Below, in pieces: positions 52,128 to 64,000 of a stretch of 64,000 nucleotides of DNA. A program made the translations under genes and the position numbers. The DNA is from an uncultured Verrucomicrobiae bacterium (lineage in GTDB: Bacteria > Verrucomicrobiota > Verrucomicrobiia > Palsa-1439), in contig CAWEWF010000014.1 in the NCBI GenBank assembly GCA_963812605.1, positions 128,001 to 192,000 of the forward strand, written 5' to 3'. The notes beneath the pieces are model-generated. The model had not been told where the DNA came from and made no database searches. It saw only the letters and a list, made by a program, of their open reading frames with translations. The stretch's first letter is position 1; each line of letters starts with the position of its first letter.

Positions 52128-53540
52128 TTGGAGGACGGTATCTTGCTGAATCTACAGTACGATTTCAACAATTTGATGGCGGAACGCGTCGGCGAGCATG
52201 GCATCGCGGACGCCGAACTTCATGCGCTTGGGCCGAAGCTCGCCGCCGCCGCCGATGCGGTGGGGAAAACACCGCTCGGTTTTCGCAAACTGCCCCACGA
52301 TGCAAAGCTCGCCGATGAGGTGGCTGTTCGCGCCAACGAAATTCGCGCGCGTTGCGATGATTTTGTAGTCGTCGGAATCGGTGGGTCGGCGCTGGGCAAC
52401 ATTGCGCTGCACAGCGCGCTCAATCATCCCGAGTACAACCAACTTGCTCGTCCACCTCGGCGCGGCCCGCGCCTGTTCGTGGCTGACAACGTTGACCCCG
52501 ACCGCATCGCGGCGTTGCTGGAGGTTGTCGATCTTGAGAACACCGTCTTCAATGTGATCACCAAGTCCGGCGGCACGGCGGAGACGATGAGCGAGTTTCT
52601 GGTGTTCCGCGACGCCCTGATTAAAAAACTTGGGCCGGAGCGGCATGTCGAGCACATCGTCATCACGACGGATCCACAACAAGGCGCGCTGCGCGAGATT
52701 TTGAAGCGGTTTGGTTATCCGTCGCTGCCCATCCCAACCGATGTCGGGGGACGTTTTTCGGTGTTCAGTGCCGTTGGTTTGCTGAGCGCGGCGGTCACGG
52801 GCATCGACATCCACAAATTATTGAAGGGCGCCGGGGAAATGGATGCGCTTTGTCGGAAATCGAAGAAATTGTGGGAAAACCCCGCGCTTACGGGTGCGGC
52901 CCTGCATTACTTGATGGACAAGGCGAAGGGCAAGAACATCCAGGTGATGATGCCCTACGCACACGGATTGCGCGACGTGGCCGATTGGTTCCGCCAACTC
53001 TGGGCCGAGAGCCTTGGCAAGCGGGCGGACCGGGCGGGCAAGACCGTGCATGCCGGCCAAACGCCCGAAAAAGCGGTGGGCGTGACCGACCAGCATTCGG
53101 TCCTCCAGCTTTACCTTGAAGGGCCCTTCGACAAAGTCGTGACCTTCCTGACCGTGGAAGAATTTCGCGCAACGGTCCCGATTCCGCCCGCGTTCCCGGA
53201 TTTCGACGCGGTGAAGTATCTCGGGGGACGGACGCTGAATGAATTGATCAAGGCCGAGCAGCGCGCGACCGAGTTGGCGCTGACACAAAGGGGCAGGCCG
53301 AACTGCGCGATTCGCCTCCCGCGCGTGGATGAGGGAACGGTCGGCGCCTTGTTGTACCTGCTGGAAATGCAAACGGCCTACGCTGGCGAACTTTACAATA
53401 TCAATGCGTTCGACCAGCCTGGTGTGGAACTGGACAAGAATTTCACCTACGGGTTGATGGGTCGCAAGGGCTACGAGGCGAAACGGCGCGAGGTTGAGCA
53501 AGCGAGCAAGACGAATCCGCAATGGGTGGTGAACGCGTGA
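52128..53540 (+). CDS. pgi: Glucose-6-phosphate isomerase
   Basis: GIGGSALG, TKSGGTAET, VGGRFSV, QLWAESLGK, DQHS, FDQPGVE. Confidence 0.96.
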   Translation: MEDGILLNLQYDFNNLMAERVGEHGIADAELHALGPKLAAAADAVGKTPLGFRKLPHDAKLADEVAVRANEIRARCDDFVVVGIGGSALGNIALHSALNHPEYNQLARPPRRGPRLFVADNVDPDRIAALLEVVDLENTVFNVITKSGGTAETMSEFLVFRDALIKKLGPERHVEHIVITTDPQQGALREILKRFGYPSLPIPTDVGGRFSVFSAVGLLSAAVTGIDIHKLLKGAGEMDALCRKSKKLWENPALTGAALHYLMDKAKGKNIQVMMPYAHGLRDVADWFRQLWAESLGKRADRAGKTVHAGQTPEKAVGVTDQHSVLQLYLEGPFDKVVTFLTVEEFRATVPIPPAFPDFDAVKYLGGRTLNELIKAEQRATELALTQRGRPNCAIRLPRVDEGTVGALLYLLEMQTAYAGELYNINAFDQPGVELDKNFTYGLMGRKGYEAKRREVEQASKTNPQWVVNA

Positions 53541-54103
53541 CAGAGGCCGAAGTCCTGCGGATCTTTCGCGACACGCAGGCGTTGCTCGATGGGCATTTTG
53601 TGCTACGTTCGGGCCTGCATAGCCGCCAGTATTTCCAGTGCGCGATGGTGCTGCAGCATCCGCGCGTCGCCGAGCAGTTGTGCGGGGAGCTGGCGGTGAA
53701 GTTCAAAGACACGGGAGCACAGGTGGTGATCTCGCCGGCGCTGGGCGGGTTGTTCGTGGGTCACGAAGTTGCGCGGGCGCTTGGCATTCGCCATATTTTT
53801 GTCGAGAAGAATTCAGCGGGAAAACTGGAGTTGCGGCGCAATTTCCAGGTCGCCCGCGGTGAAAAGGTGCTGGTGGTCGAGGACGTTGTGACTCAAGGGG
53901 GCCGTGTGCGGGAGACGCTCGACATTGCGCGCGCCCTCGGCGGCGAGGTGGTCGGGGTGGGTACACTGGTGGATCGCTCGGGCGGCAAAGTAGGTTTTGG
54001 CGTACCGCTGGAAAGTCTGCTAAGATTGTCGATTGACACATTTGACCCGGCGACGTGTCCGCTCTGTCAGGCGGGCATGCCGGTGATAAAACCGGGAAGC
54101 TGA
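53537..54103 (+). CDS. pyrE: Orotate phosphoribosyltransferase
   Basis: GHFVLRSGLHS, VLVVEDVVTQGG, LVDRS, KPGS end. Confidence 0.95.
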   Translation: MTEAEVLRIFRDTQALLDGHFVLRSGLHSRQYFQCAMVLQHPRVAEQLCGELAVKFKDTGAQVVISPALGGLFVGHEVARALGIRHIFVEKNSAGKLELRRNFQVARGEKVLVVEDVVTQGGRVRETLDIARALGGEVVGVGTLVDRSGGKVGFGVPLESLLRLSIDTFDPATCPLCQAGMPVIKPGS

Positions 54104-54117
54104 AGCGAAGGATTTGT

Positions 54118-57114
<2,997 letters not shown>

Positions 57115-57162
57115 CGTGCTGCCTCTGGTCCCGAACCCGATTCGGGGCGGGATGAGCCGCGA

Positions 57163-58761
57163 ATGAGATTCACCACCGCAAAACTTCTGGTGGGTCGCTG
57201 GCTCCTGCCCATTGCCACCGGCGCTCTGTTCGCATTCGCTCTTCCACCATTTAATATCGGCGAATTGGGCTGGGTTTCGCTTGTGCCATTGTTATTCGCG
57301 CTGGAAGATTGTCGCCTGGAGGAAGCGTTCCGTCGCGGTTACATCGCCGGGTTGGTTTTCTTCGGAATGACAATCTGGTGGATCTATCACGTCACACTGC
57401 CCGGCGCGGTCGGAGCCATCGCTTTTCTCGCGCTGTACTTCGGCGTGGGGGCGCAGATGATCGTCATGGCCAACAGCTTGTTGCCCGATTCGGCGAATTC
57501 CGAGAACCGATTCGGCGCCGGTGCGGCGATTCGCAATCTGGTCGTGGCCGCCGTTATCTCTGCCGGGTGGGTAACGCTGGAATGGTTGCGTGGAAAATTA
57601 TTGTTTGGCGGCTTCCCCTGGAATTTCATCGGTGTGACCCAATGGCAGGTGGGTCCGCTCATCCAATTCGCCAGTGTGACAGGCGTCTACGGGGTGTCGG
57701 CCTTGGTATGCTTTGTAAACGTCGCGCTCTACTTCACCATCCGTCGGTTTGTCCTGCAGATGCGAACCCGCGAGAAGCGGTGGCGATTGAGTTGGGAATT
57801 TTACGTGGCCATGAGTTTGATCTGCCTGGCGTTCTGGCATGGTGTGCCGCAGGTATTCCAGCACACCGAAGGAAAGCAAAGAATCGCGCGTCTCGCCCTG
57901 GTGCAAGGCGACATTCCCCAGACCTTGAAGTTTGATCCAGAACAGAAGCCCATGATTCTCGAACGCTACCGGACGCTCACCGAAACCGTGATGGCGACCC
58001 GGCCCGAAATGATCATTTGGCCCGAGACGGCGACACCCGATGCGTTGCGGTATGATCGAGATTCGTTTGACCTGGCGACGAACCTGGCTGTGAGATCGGG
58101 CGCCTACCTTTTCACCGGCACCATCGATATTACGCCTTACTCGTCCCCCGTCGAAGCCTTTAACGGGGCAATCCTCGTCCGTCCGGATGGTTCCCTGGGT
58201 GAAATCTACCACAAGATCCACCTCGTGCCGTTTGGCGAGTACGTGCCGCTCCGAAAGATTTTCCCGTTCATGAAATGGCTTACCCCCATCACCGATAGTT
58301 TTGAGCGCGGCCGGGACTTCACGGTGTTCCGTGCCGGCGACCTGCGTTTTGGCGCGGTCATTTGCTTCGAAGACACGGTGCCGGATTTGTACCGCCATTT
58401 CGTGCAACAGGACGTCGATTTTATGGTCAATGTCACGAATGATGCATGGTTCAAAACTTCGCCAGCCTCTCAAATGCACCTCGCGAATGCGGTCTTCCGC
58501 GCTGTCGAGAGCCATCGTCCGCTGGTACGCGCCTCGAACAATGGCATGACCTGTATTATCAACGAGCACGGGGTTCTCCGGGCGCGGTGCGCAGCGTTTG
58601 GCAGGGGGACCCTGAATTTCGATTTGCCGCTGCCGAATGATCACTCCCGGACGTTTTACACGCAGCACGGCGATGTGTTTGTCGGGGGTTGCGCTGTCGT
58701 CTCGGTGGCTGCAATCGGGCTTGCTGCGTTTTGCCGCAATCGGCTACAGTCGCAAGTATGA
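57163..58761 (+). CDS. lnt: Apolipoprotein N-acyltransferase
   Basis: GGFPW, IIWPETA, KIHLVPFGEYVP, ICFED, TNDAWF, RASNNG. Confidence 0.95.
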   Translation: MRFTTAKLLVGRWLLPIATGALFAFALPPFNIGELGWVSLVPLLFALEDCRLEEAFRRGYIAGLVFFGMTIWWIYHVTLPGAVGAIAFLALYFGVGAQMIVMANSLLPDSANSENRFGAGAAIRNLVVAAVISAGWVTLEWLRGKLLFGGFPWNFIGVTQWQVGPLIQFASVTGVYGVSALVCFVNVALYFTIRRFVLQMRTREKRWRLSWEFYVAMSLICLAFWHGVPQVFQHTEGKQRIARLALVQGDIPQTLKFDPEQKPMILERYRTLTETVMATRPEMIIWPETATPDALRYDRDSFDLATNLAVRSGAYLFTGTIDITPYSSPVEAFNGAILVRPDGSLGEIYHKIHLVPFGEYVPLRKIFPFMKWLTPITDSFERGRDFTVFRAGDLRFGAVICFEDTVPDLYRHFVQQDVDFMVNVTNDAWFKTSPASQMHLANAVFRAVESHRPLVRASNNGMTCIINEHGVLRARCAAFGRGTLNFDLPLPNDHSRTFYTQHGDVFVGGCAVVSVAAIGLAAFCRNRLQSQV

Positions 58762-59423
58762 CGGCGGCCATTTTGATTGGTTGTGCAGTCGCTTCGTATT
58801 TCCTTGGTTCCATTCCGACCGGCTTTCTGTGGGCCAAGGCGCGTGGAATCGATATTCGCAAGGTCGGCAGCGGCAATATCGGCGCGACCAACGTGATGCG
58901 CGCGCTCGGCAAGGGCCCGGGCCTGGCGGTGTTGTTGATTGATGCCGCAAAGGGTTTTCTGCCAGTGCTGCTTTTACCGCGAAGTTTGATTTTCATGCAG
59001 CTCGGCGACGATGGGAGCCATGCTCAGAATTTGATAAGGGCGATGCAGATCACCTGCTGTATCTTCGTAATCGCCGGTCACAACTGGACGTGTTGGTTAA
59101 AATTCAAGGGCGGCAAGGGTGTGGCGACCAGCGCCGGCGCCTTGTTGGCATTCCTGCCGGTGCCATTCCTCTGCGCGTTCGGCGTTTGGGTAATTGTCTT
59201 TGCCATCTGGCGATATGTGTCCCTGGCCTCCATCGTTGGCGCGGTGGCCATGCCGATCGCCACGGTGTTTTATGAGAAGGACACGGCGACTTTTGTTTTT
59301 ACAGTGGTTCTGGCCGTCGTCGTCATCTATAAGCACAGGCCGAACATCCAGCGGCTGTTGGCGGGGACCGAGAAACGAATTGGCGGACGAAAGGAAGCGG
59401 GCGGAAAGGGTGCCACGGTATGA
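58758..59423 (+). CDS. plsY: Glycerol-3-phosphate acyltransferase PlsY
   Basis: YFLGSIP, GSGNIGATN, KGGKGVATSAG, HRPNIQRL. Confidence 0.95.
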   Translation: MTAAILIGCAVASYFLGSIPTGFLWAKARGIDIRKVGSGNIGATNVMRALGKGPGLAVLLIDAAKGFLPVLLLPRSLIFMQLGDDGSHAQNLIRAMQITCCIFVIAGHNWTCWLKFKGGKGVATSAGALLAFLPVPFLCAFGVWVIVFAIWRYVSLASIVGAVAMPIATVFYEKDTATFVFTVVLAVVVIYKHRPNIQRLLAGTEKRIGGRKEAGGKGATV

Positions 59424-60415
59424 ACATCACAGTGATCGGCACGGGCGGGTGGGGGACGGCGCTGGCGGTGCTGTTGCGCGGCAACGGGCATAAGGTTACC
59501 TTGTGGGGACGGCTCAAGGAAGAGGTCGAGCCGATCATGGCAGCGGGCGAGAACAAGACGTTCCTGCCCGGGGTAAAGATTGCGAAAGAGATCGTGCTCA
59601 CACTCGACACGAAGTCGGCACTGCGCGGGGCCGAGTTGGTTGTGCTGGCCGTTCCTTCGCATGGCATGCGTCCGATTTGCGAGAAGCTTCACGATTACCT
59701 TCCTACGGACATTCCGGTTGTCAGCGTTGCCAAGGGAATTGAGAATGGAACGGGTGCGCGGATGAGTGAGGTCATCGCGGAAGTGCTCAAGACCGAGCAC
59801 ATTGTTGTTCTTTCCGGACCCAGCCACGCCGAAGAAGTAGGACGAGGGATTCCGACGGCGGTGGTAGTTGCCTCACGCCAGGCGGGGCACGCGGCCCAGG
59901 CGCAGAAAGCATTCATGAACGAGCGCTTCCGCATTTATACGCACGATGACATCATCGGCGTTGAATTGGGCGGCGCGCTCAAGAATGTCATTGCCATCGC
60001 GGCCGGCGCGTGTGATGGAATCGGGTTTGGGGACAACACCAAGGCGGCGCTGTGCACGCGCGGGTTGACGGAGATGACAAGGCTCGGGGTGGCGTTGGGC
60101 GCGCGGCGCGAGACGTTTTTCGGACTGAGCGGCGTGGGCGACCTGATCGTCACCGCGTTCAGTCGCCATAGCCGCAACCGCGGCTTCGGCGAACGGCTGG
60201 GGAAGGGGGAGACGCCCGAGCAAATTGCCGCGAGCACCCAGATGGTGGCCGAGGGCGTGAAGACCGCGAAGTCTGCCTGGCAACTGGCGCAACGCCACGG
60301 CGTGGATGTGCCCATTACGCGGGAAGTGCAGGCCATCCTTTACGAAGGTAAACCGCCAAAACAGGCGGTGCGTGACCTGATGACGCGGGAGGCCAAGCCT
60401 GAATTTGGTTCATGA
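59420..60415 (+). CDS. gpsA: NAD(P)H-dependent glycerol-3-phosphate dehydrogenase
   Basis: GTGGWGTALA, SGPSHAEEV, GGALKNVIAIAAG, GDLIVT, SRN. Confidence 0.96.
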   Translation: MNITVIGTGGWGTALAVLLRGNGHKVTLWGRLKEEVEPIMAAGENKTFLPGVKIAKEIVLTLDTKSALRGAELVVLAVPSHGMRPICEKLHDYLPTDIPVVSVAKGIENGTGARMSEVIAEVLKTEHIVVLSGPSHAEEVGRGIPTAVVVASRQAGHAAQAQKAFMNERFRIYTHDDIIGVELGGALKNVIAIAAGACDGIGFGDNTKAALCTRGLTEMTRLGVALGARRETFFGLSGVGDLIVTAFSRHSRNRGFGERLGKGETPEQIAASTQMVAEGVKTAKSAWQLAQRHGVDVPITREVQAILYEGKPPKQAVRDLMTREAKPEFGS

Positions 60416-60433
60416 CGGCGGGAACTTTTTTCC

Positions 60434-61042
60434 ATGGAGCGTGTCTTAAACCCGGCAGGCTGGGCTGAGGCCAGCGACCGAGAGTTGGTGGCCCGCTGCC
60501 GAGCGGGCAATGAGACGGCGTTTGATGATCTAGTGCTGCGCCATCAGCAACGCGCGTTCAACGTCGCCTTCCAGGTGCTTCACGACCACGAGGACGCCAC
60601 GGAAGTGGCGCAAGATGCATTTGTGAGAATTTATCGGAGCATTGGCGATTTTCGCGGGGAATGCGAGTTTACGACCTGGCTGCACCAGATCGTCGTAAAC
60701 CTGGCCCGCAACAAACATCGTTGGTGGAGACGGCGCGGACGGCAGGCGAGTGTGTCCCTCGACAGCACGGTCGAGACCGCCGACGGCGAAGTGCCCGTGC
60801 AGATTGCCGACAACACCGATGCCCCGGACGTACAAGCGGCGAAGGCCGAGTTTGCCAAATTGCTAAGCCTGCGGATGCGCGAGCTGCCCCACAAGTTTCG
60901 GGAGGTATTGGTGCTGAGGAATGTGGACAACATGAGCTATGAAGAAATTGCCGAATTCCTGGATTGTTCCGTTGGGACGATCAAATCGCGAATCGCGCGC
61001 GCGCGCGAGGCGCTGCGCAAAAGCCTGAAGGACGAGCTGTGA
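60434..61042 (+). CDS. ECF RNA polymerase sigma factor
   Basis: DATEVAQDAF, FTTWLHQIVVN, SYEEIAE...GTIKSRIARAR. Confidence 0.93.
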   Translation: MERVLNPAGWAEASDRELVARCRAGNETAFDDLVLRHQQRAFNVAFQVLHDHEDATEVAQDAFVRIYRSIGDFRGECEFTTWLHQIVVNLARNKHRWWRRRGRQASVSLDSTVETADGEVPVQIADNTDAPDVQAAKAEFAKLLSLRMRELPHKFREVLVLRNVDNMSYEEIAEFLDCSVGTIKSRIARAREALRKSLKDEL

Positions 61043-61052
61043 GGATAGAAGG

Positions 61053-62240
61053 ATGAAAAGCTGCCGGAATATTCGGCGGGAGTTGTCGGCTTACTTCGAC
61101 GGCGAGTTGACCCTGCCACAGCGGACAGAAGTGGAGACGCATCTGGCATCGTGCGTACGCTGTCAGCGGGAATTACTGGAGATGAAGACATTGGTGACCG
61201 GGATGGCGGCGTTGCCGACAATGCAGCCACCGCCGCGGTTCCTCGCCGAAGTCCGCCGGAAGATTGCCCGTGGTGAGGATCCCGAGGCGCCCACCTGGTA
61301 CGACTATATGTTTCGACCGATCTGGCTGAAGGTTCCGCTGGAAATGGCGGCACTCATCGTGATCATCGGCCTCATGATTGAGGCCGAGCGTCCGTTGCCG
61401 ACGCAAACGAGTACCTCGGTCGAATTCGCCAAGGCGGATAACAGCGAGAATGAGCGCGAGGACAACATTTCAGCGAGGCAAGTGGAAAAGACCACAGTGA
61501 CCGACACGCTGAAATCAACGGATGCGGCTCAAGCTCCGACAGTGGAGGCGTCTCAAGAAGATCGAGCAGCCCCGGCAGCGAACGCGGGGCCTGCGCCATT
61601 GCGCGAGGCGCTGGAAAAAGACGAAAAGAGTGTCAGTGTGTTGGAAACTCTCGGTCTTGCAGTCACTGCTAATAAGGGACAGTCCGTGGACCAATCGGCG
61701 AAGAGCGAAATTACGGCGGGCCGTGGGGAGTCTCAACCCGCGGCCGACTTAAGAAGGGTCCCTGCATTTGACAACAGCGGTGAATTGTCCACGCTTCCCC
61801 CGTCGCCTTCGGTCGCCGCCGGCGCGGTACGGAGCATGCAATTGGCCCAGTCAAAGCCCGGTGAAACGGTCACTATTCACGGACGTGATTTTGATGATGT
61901 GCGAAGTCGAGCTCAGCGACTTGCGGCAAGGTGCCGCGGGCGGATTATTGACGTCCCTCAATCAAAAGAGGCGACGGGACATGGCTTCTTTGTCGAACTG
62001 CCGCAAGAGTATGTGGCGGCATTCAAGTTGGAACTCTTGAAAACTTCCGGATCATCCGCGACACTGGACAGTGGCGGGACCGGCGGCCGGTCAGGTGCGC
62101 TTTCCACCGGCGTGTTGACAGGCAACGCAGCCACGAGCAACAGCATTAATGCTCCGGGTCCGTTCGGCCTTGGAGATGACGGTACGGCGACAACGCCCAC
62201 GGCAATTCTGGAAATCTGGGTCGTCACGCCGACGAACTAA
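61053..62240 (+). CDS. Anti-sigma factor with a zf-HC2 (ZAS) domain and a TM
   Basis: LSAYFDGEL...HLASCVRC (HxxxCxxC); TM; directly follows the ECF sigma. Confidence 0.88.
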   Translation: MKSCRNIRRELSAYFDGELTLPQRTEVETHLASCVRCQRELLEMKTLVTGMAALPTMQPPPRFLAEVRRKIARGEDPEAPTWYDYMFRPIWLKVPLEMAALIVIIGLMIEAERPLPTQTSTSVEFAKADNSENEREDNISARQVEKTTVTDTLKSTDAAQAPTVEASQEDRAAPAANAGPAPLREALEKDEKSVSVLETLGLAVTANKGQSVDQSAKSEITAGRGESQPAADLRRVPAFDNSGELSTLPPSPSVAAGAVRSMQLAQSKPGETVTIHGRDFDDVRSRAQRLAARCRGRIIDVPQSKEATGHGFFVELPQEYVAAFKLELLKTSGSSATLDSGGTGGRSGALSTGVLTGNAATSNSINAPGPFGLGDDGTATTPTAILEIWVVTPTN

Positions 62241-63949
62241 TGTGCCGAGGACTGGTTGCCCTTCAGCTTCTGAAGTTTTTCGGAAATCTCTTTGTTGCCC
62301 GGCTCCAATTCGCTGGCGCGCCGCAAGACGGACAGCGCCTCCTCGGTCTTGCCGACTTTCAGGAGCACATCCGCAAGATGGCCGCAGAGGGTCGCGTCGT
62401 CTTTAATCAACGCCACCGCGTGCCGTAACTGCACCAGGGCCTCCTCGTTGCGCCCGAGCTTAAATAATACCCAGCCAAGGCTGTCGATGTACGCCCCGTT
62501 ATCGGGATCGAGCTTGACGGCTTTCTGGATCAGCGCGAGCGCTTCCTCCAAATGGACGTCTTTGTCGGCCCACATGTAACCGAGATAGTTGGCGGCGCTG
62601 TGGTCCGCCGGGTCGATCTGCAGGCATTTGCGGAAAAGCGACACGGCTTTGTCGTAATCACCGGAGCGTTCGCAGGCCGCGCCGTACGAGAAGTAGAAGT
62701 TGCTGCTCAGCTTAACGTCCGGGCCCGCTTCCTGGGCCAATGCCTCCGCATCCGTGAAAGAGGCCACGGCTTCGGTGTACTGTTTTCGGTCGGTCTGGAT
62801 GAGGCCCGTGAAATAGGGTACTCGAAAATCGGTCGGGAACTTCTCCTTCCACGTGGCCATGGTCTTCAACGCCTGGTCGATGTGTTTGGAATCCAATTGC
62901 AGGGCGGTAATCAGCGAGTAGATCTCCGCCTGATTGGGATTCACGACCAGCGACTGCTGGTAATTGGAAAGGGCCTTTTCATGCTGGCCCAGGTCCTCGT
63001 AAATCTCGCCGAGGTAATTGTAGATCGCATATTGGAGCGGCGCGCGTTTGATGATTTCTTCCAGCACGGCCGCGGCCTTTTCCTTCTGGTCCGCGCGGAT
63101 GTAATTGGCCGCCAGCCGCTCGCGAATGCGAGGGGCTTCGGGATTCTGCGCGAGCAACTTGGCATAGGAATCCGCGGCCCTTTGAAAGTTGCCGTTGTCC
63201 GCGTAGGTATCGGCCAGGCGTATCTCGATTTCGGTGTCGTCGGGGGCCAGGGCCAGCGCCTTCTCGTAACACTGTTGAATGCGCTTCCGATCAATCTTCT
63301 GGCCCCACGTCGGCTTTTGCCGGCCGACTGCCGTGTAGAAGTCACCGAGCCGCGCCCAATAGCTGCTTACTTCCACTTTTTGGCGAAAGGCGTGATCGAA
63401 CAATTTGACAGCATCGGCGGACGAATCCTTTAACACGTAGATGTCGAGCAATCCGCCCAGCGCGTTAAGGTTGGTGGGGTCGAGCTTCAACGCGTGCTGA
63501 AACGCGGTGATCGCCTTCTCGTTCTGGTTGTCGCTGCGATAGATGTAACCCAGCCAGTAGGAAAGCTCCGCATCGTTAGGATTGGCTTGGGCGGAGGACT
63601 CCAGCACGCTCACCGCGTTGGTGATGTCGCGGCGGGTCGCGTAGAGTTGTCCGAGGCGGACCGCCAGGGCGGCATTCTGCGGATCAAGCTGCAGCGACCG
63701 TTGGTAGCGATCCAGGGCGTTATCGAGGTCACCACGAATTTCTTCCGACACGCCGGTGGCGTATTCCGCCAGGGCCTCGGCGTGATTGGCTTGCGCCGGA
63801 GACAGGTCCGCAGTTCCATCCAGCGGCCGGGGTGCCGGCTCTCCGGAGGGACCCGGTCGCGCCATGGCCAAGGCAAAGGTAGCGGCCGCACAAAACGCGA
63901 CCGCCAGCGCAGCCGCGCGACTGCGCGCACTTGCTCGTGGGTAAAACAT
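62237..63949 (-). CDS. Exported TPR protein
   Basis: Signal peptide; tandem TPRs; ANYLGYMWAD...DNGAYIDSLGWVLFKLG. Confidence 0.9.
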   Translation of the reverse strand: MFYPRASARSRAAALAVAFCAAATFALAMARPGPSGEPAPRPLDGTADLSPAQANHAEALAEYATGVSEEIRGDLDNALDRYQRSLQLDPQNAALAVRLGQLYATRRDITNAVSVLESSAQANPNDAELSYWLGYIYRSDNQNEKAITAFQHALKLDPTNLNALGGLLDIYVLKDSSADAVKLFDHAFRQKVEVSSYWARLGDFYTAVGRQKPTWGQKIDRKRIQQCYEKALALAPDDTEIEIRLADTYADNGNFQRAADSYAKLLAQNPEAPRIRERLAANYIRADQKEKAAAVLEEIIKRAPLQYAIYNYLGEIYEDLGQHEKALSNYQQSLVVNPNQAEIYSLITALQLDSKHIDQALKTMATWKEKFPTDFRVPYFTGLIQTDRKQYTEAVASFTDAEALAQEAGPDVKLSSNFYFSYGAACERSGDYDKAVSLFRKCLQIDPADHSAANYLGYMWADKDVHLEEALALIQKAVKLDPDNGAYIDSLGWVLFKLGRNEEALVQLRHAVALIKDDATLCGHLADVLLKVGKTEEALSVLRRASELEPGNKEISEKLQKLKGNQSSAH

Positions 63950-64000
63950 GTCCGGGTTGCGACTCCTACTTTCTCTTCTTGTGACGCATCGCCTTCAAGC

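Overview
GC-rich bacterial chromosomal segment, most consistent with a Verrucomicrobiota (PVC) organism. This is an inference from the RFYRV-type C-terminal domains, the double-domain NDK and the conserved hypotheticals. It carries housekeeping genes (bcp, nth, ferredoxin, rpsO-pnp, tRNA-Ala(GGC), typA, icd, an aspartate aminotransferase, ndk, pgi-pyrE-secA-lnt-plsY-gpsA, an ECF sigma/anti-sigma pair) and an accessory-rich middle (about 10.6-41 kb). The middle holds large TPR proteins, a TMTC-like membrane glycosyltransferase, secreted repeat proteins, a GH31, a hydrazine-synthase-alpha-like heme protein and stress proteins. Many genes between about 1.6 and 41 kb, including icd, are broken by single-base indels, while 41.3-64 kb is clean. 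These breaks are most likely long-read assembly errors, so merged gene calls are given. Best leads: (1) an ExbB-ExbD-ExbD-giant TPR operon ending in a protein with a TonB/TolA-like His-containing anchor fused to a prenyltransferase/squalene-cyclase-like alpha/alpha barrel instead of a TonB C-domain; (2) a diverged duplication of the last 57 codons of icd bracketing a small DUF6883/DUF4926-like two-gene cassette with no integrase nearby; (3) a shared C-terminal RF(Y/I)R(V/L) domain on unrelated secreted proteins; (4) a YchF paralogue with degenerate G motifs; (5) several REP-like palindrome families. All family names come from motif recognition, not database searches.
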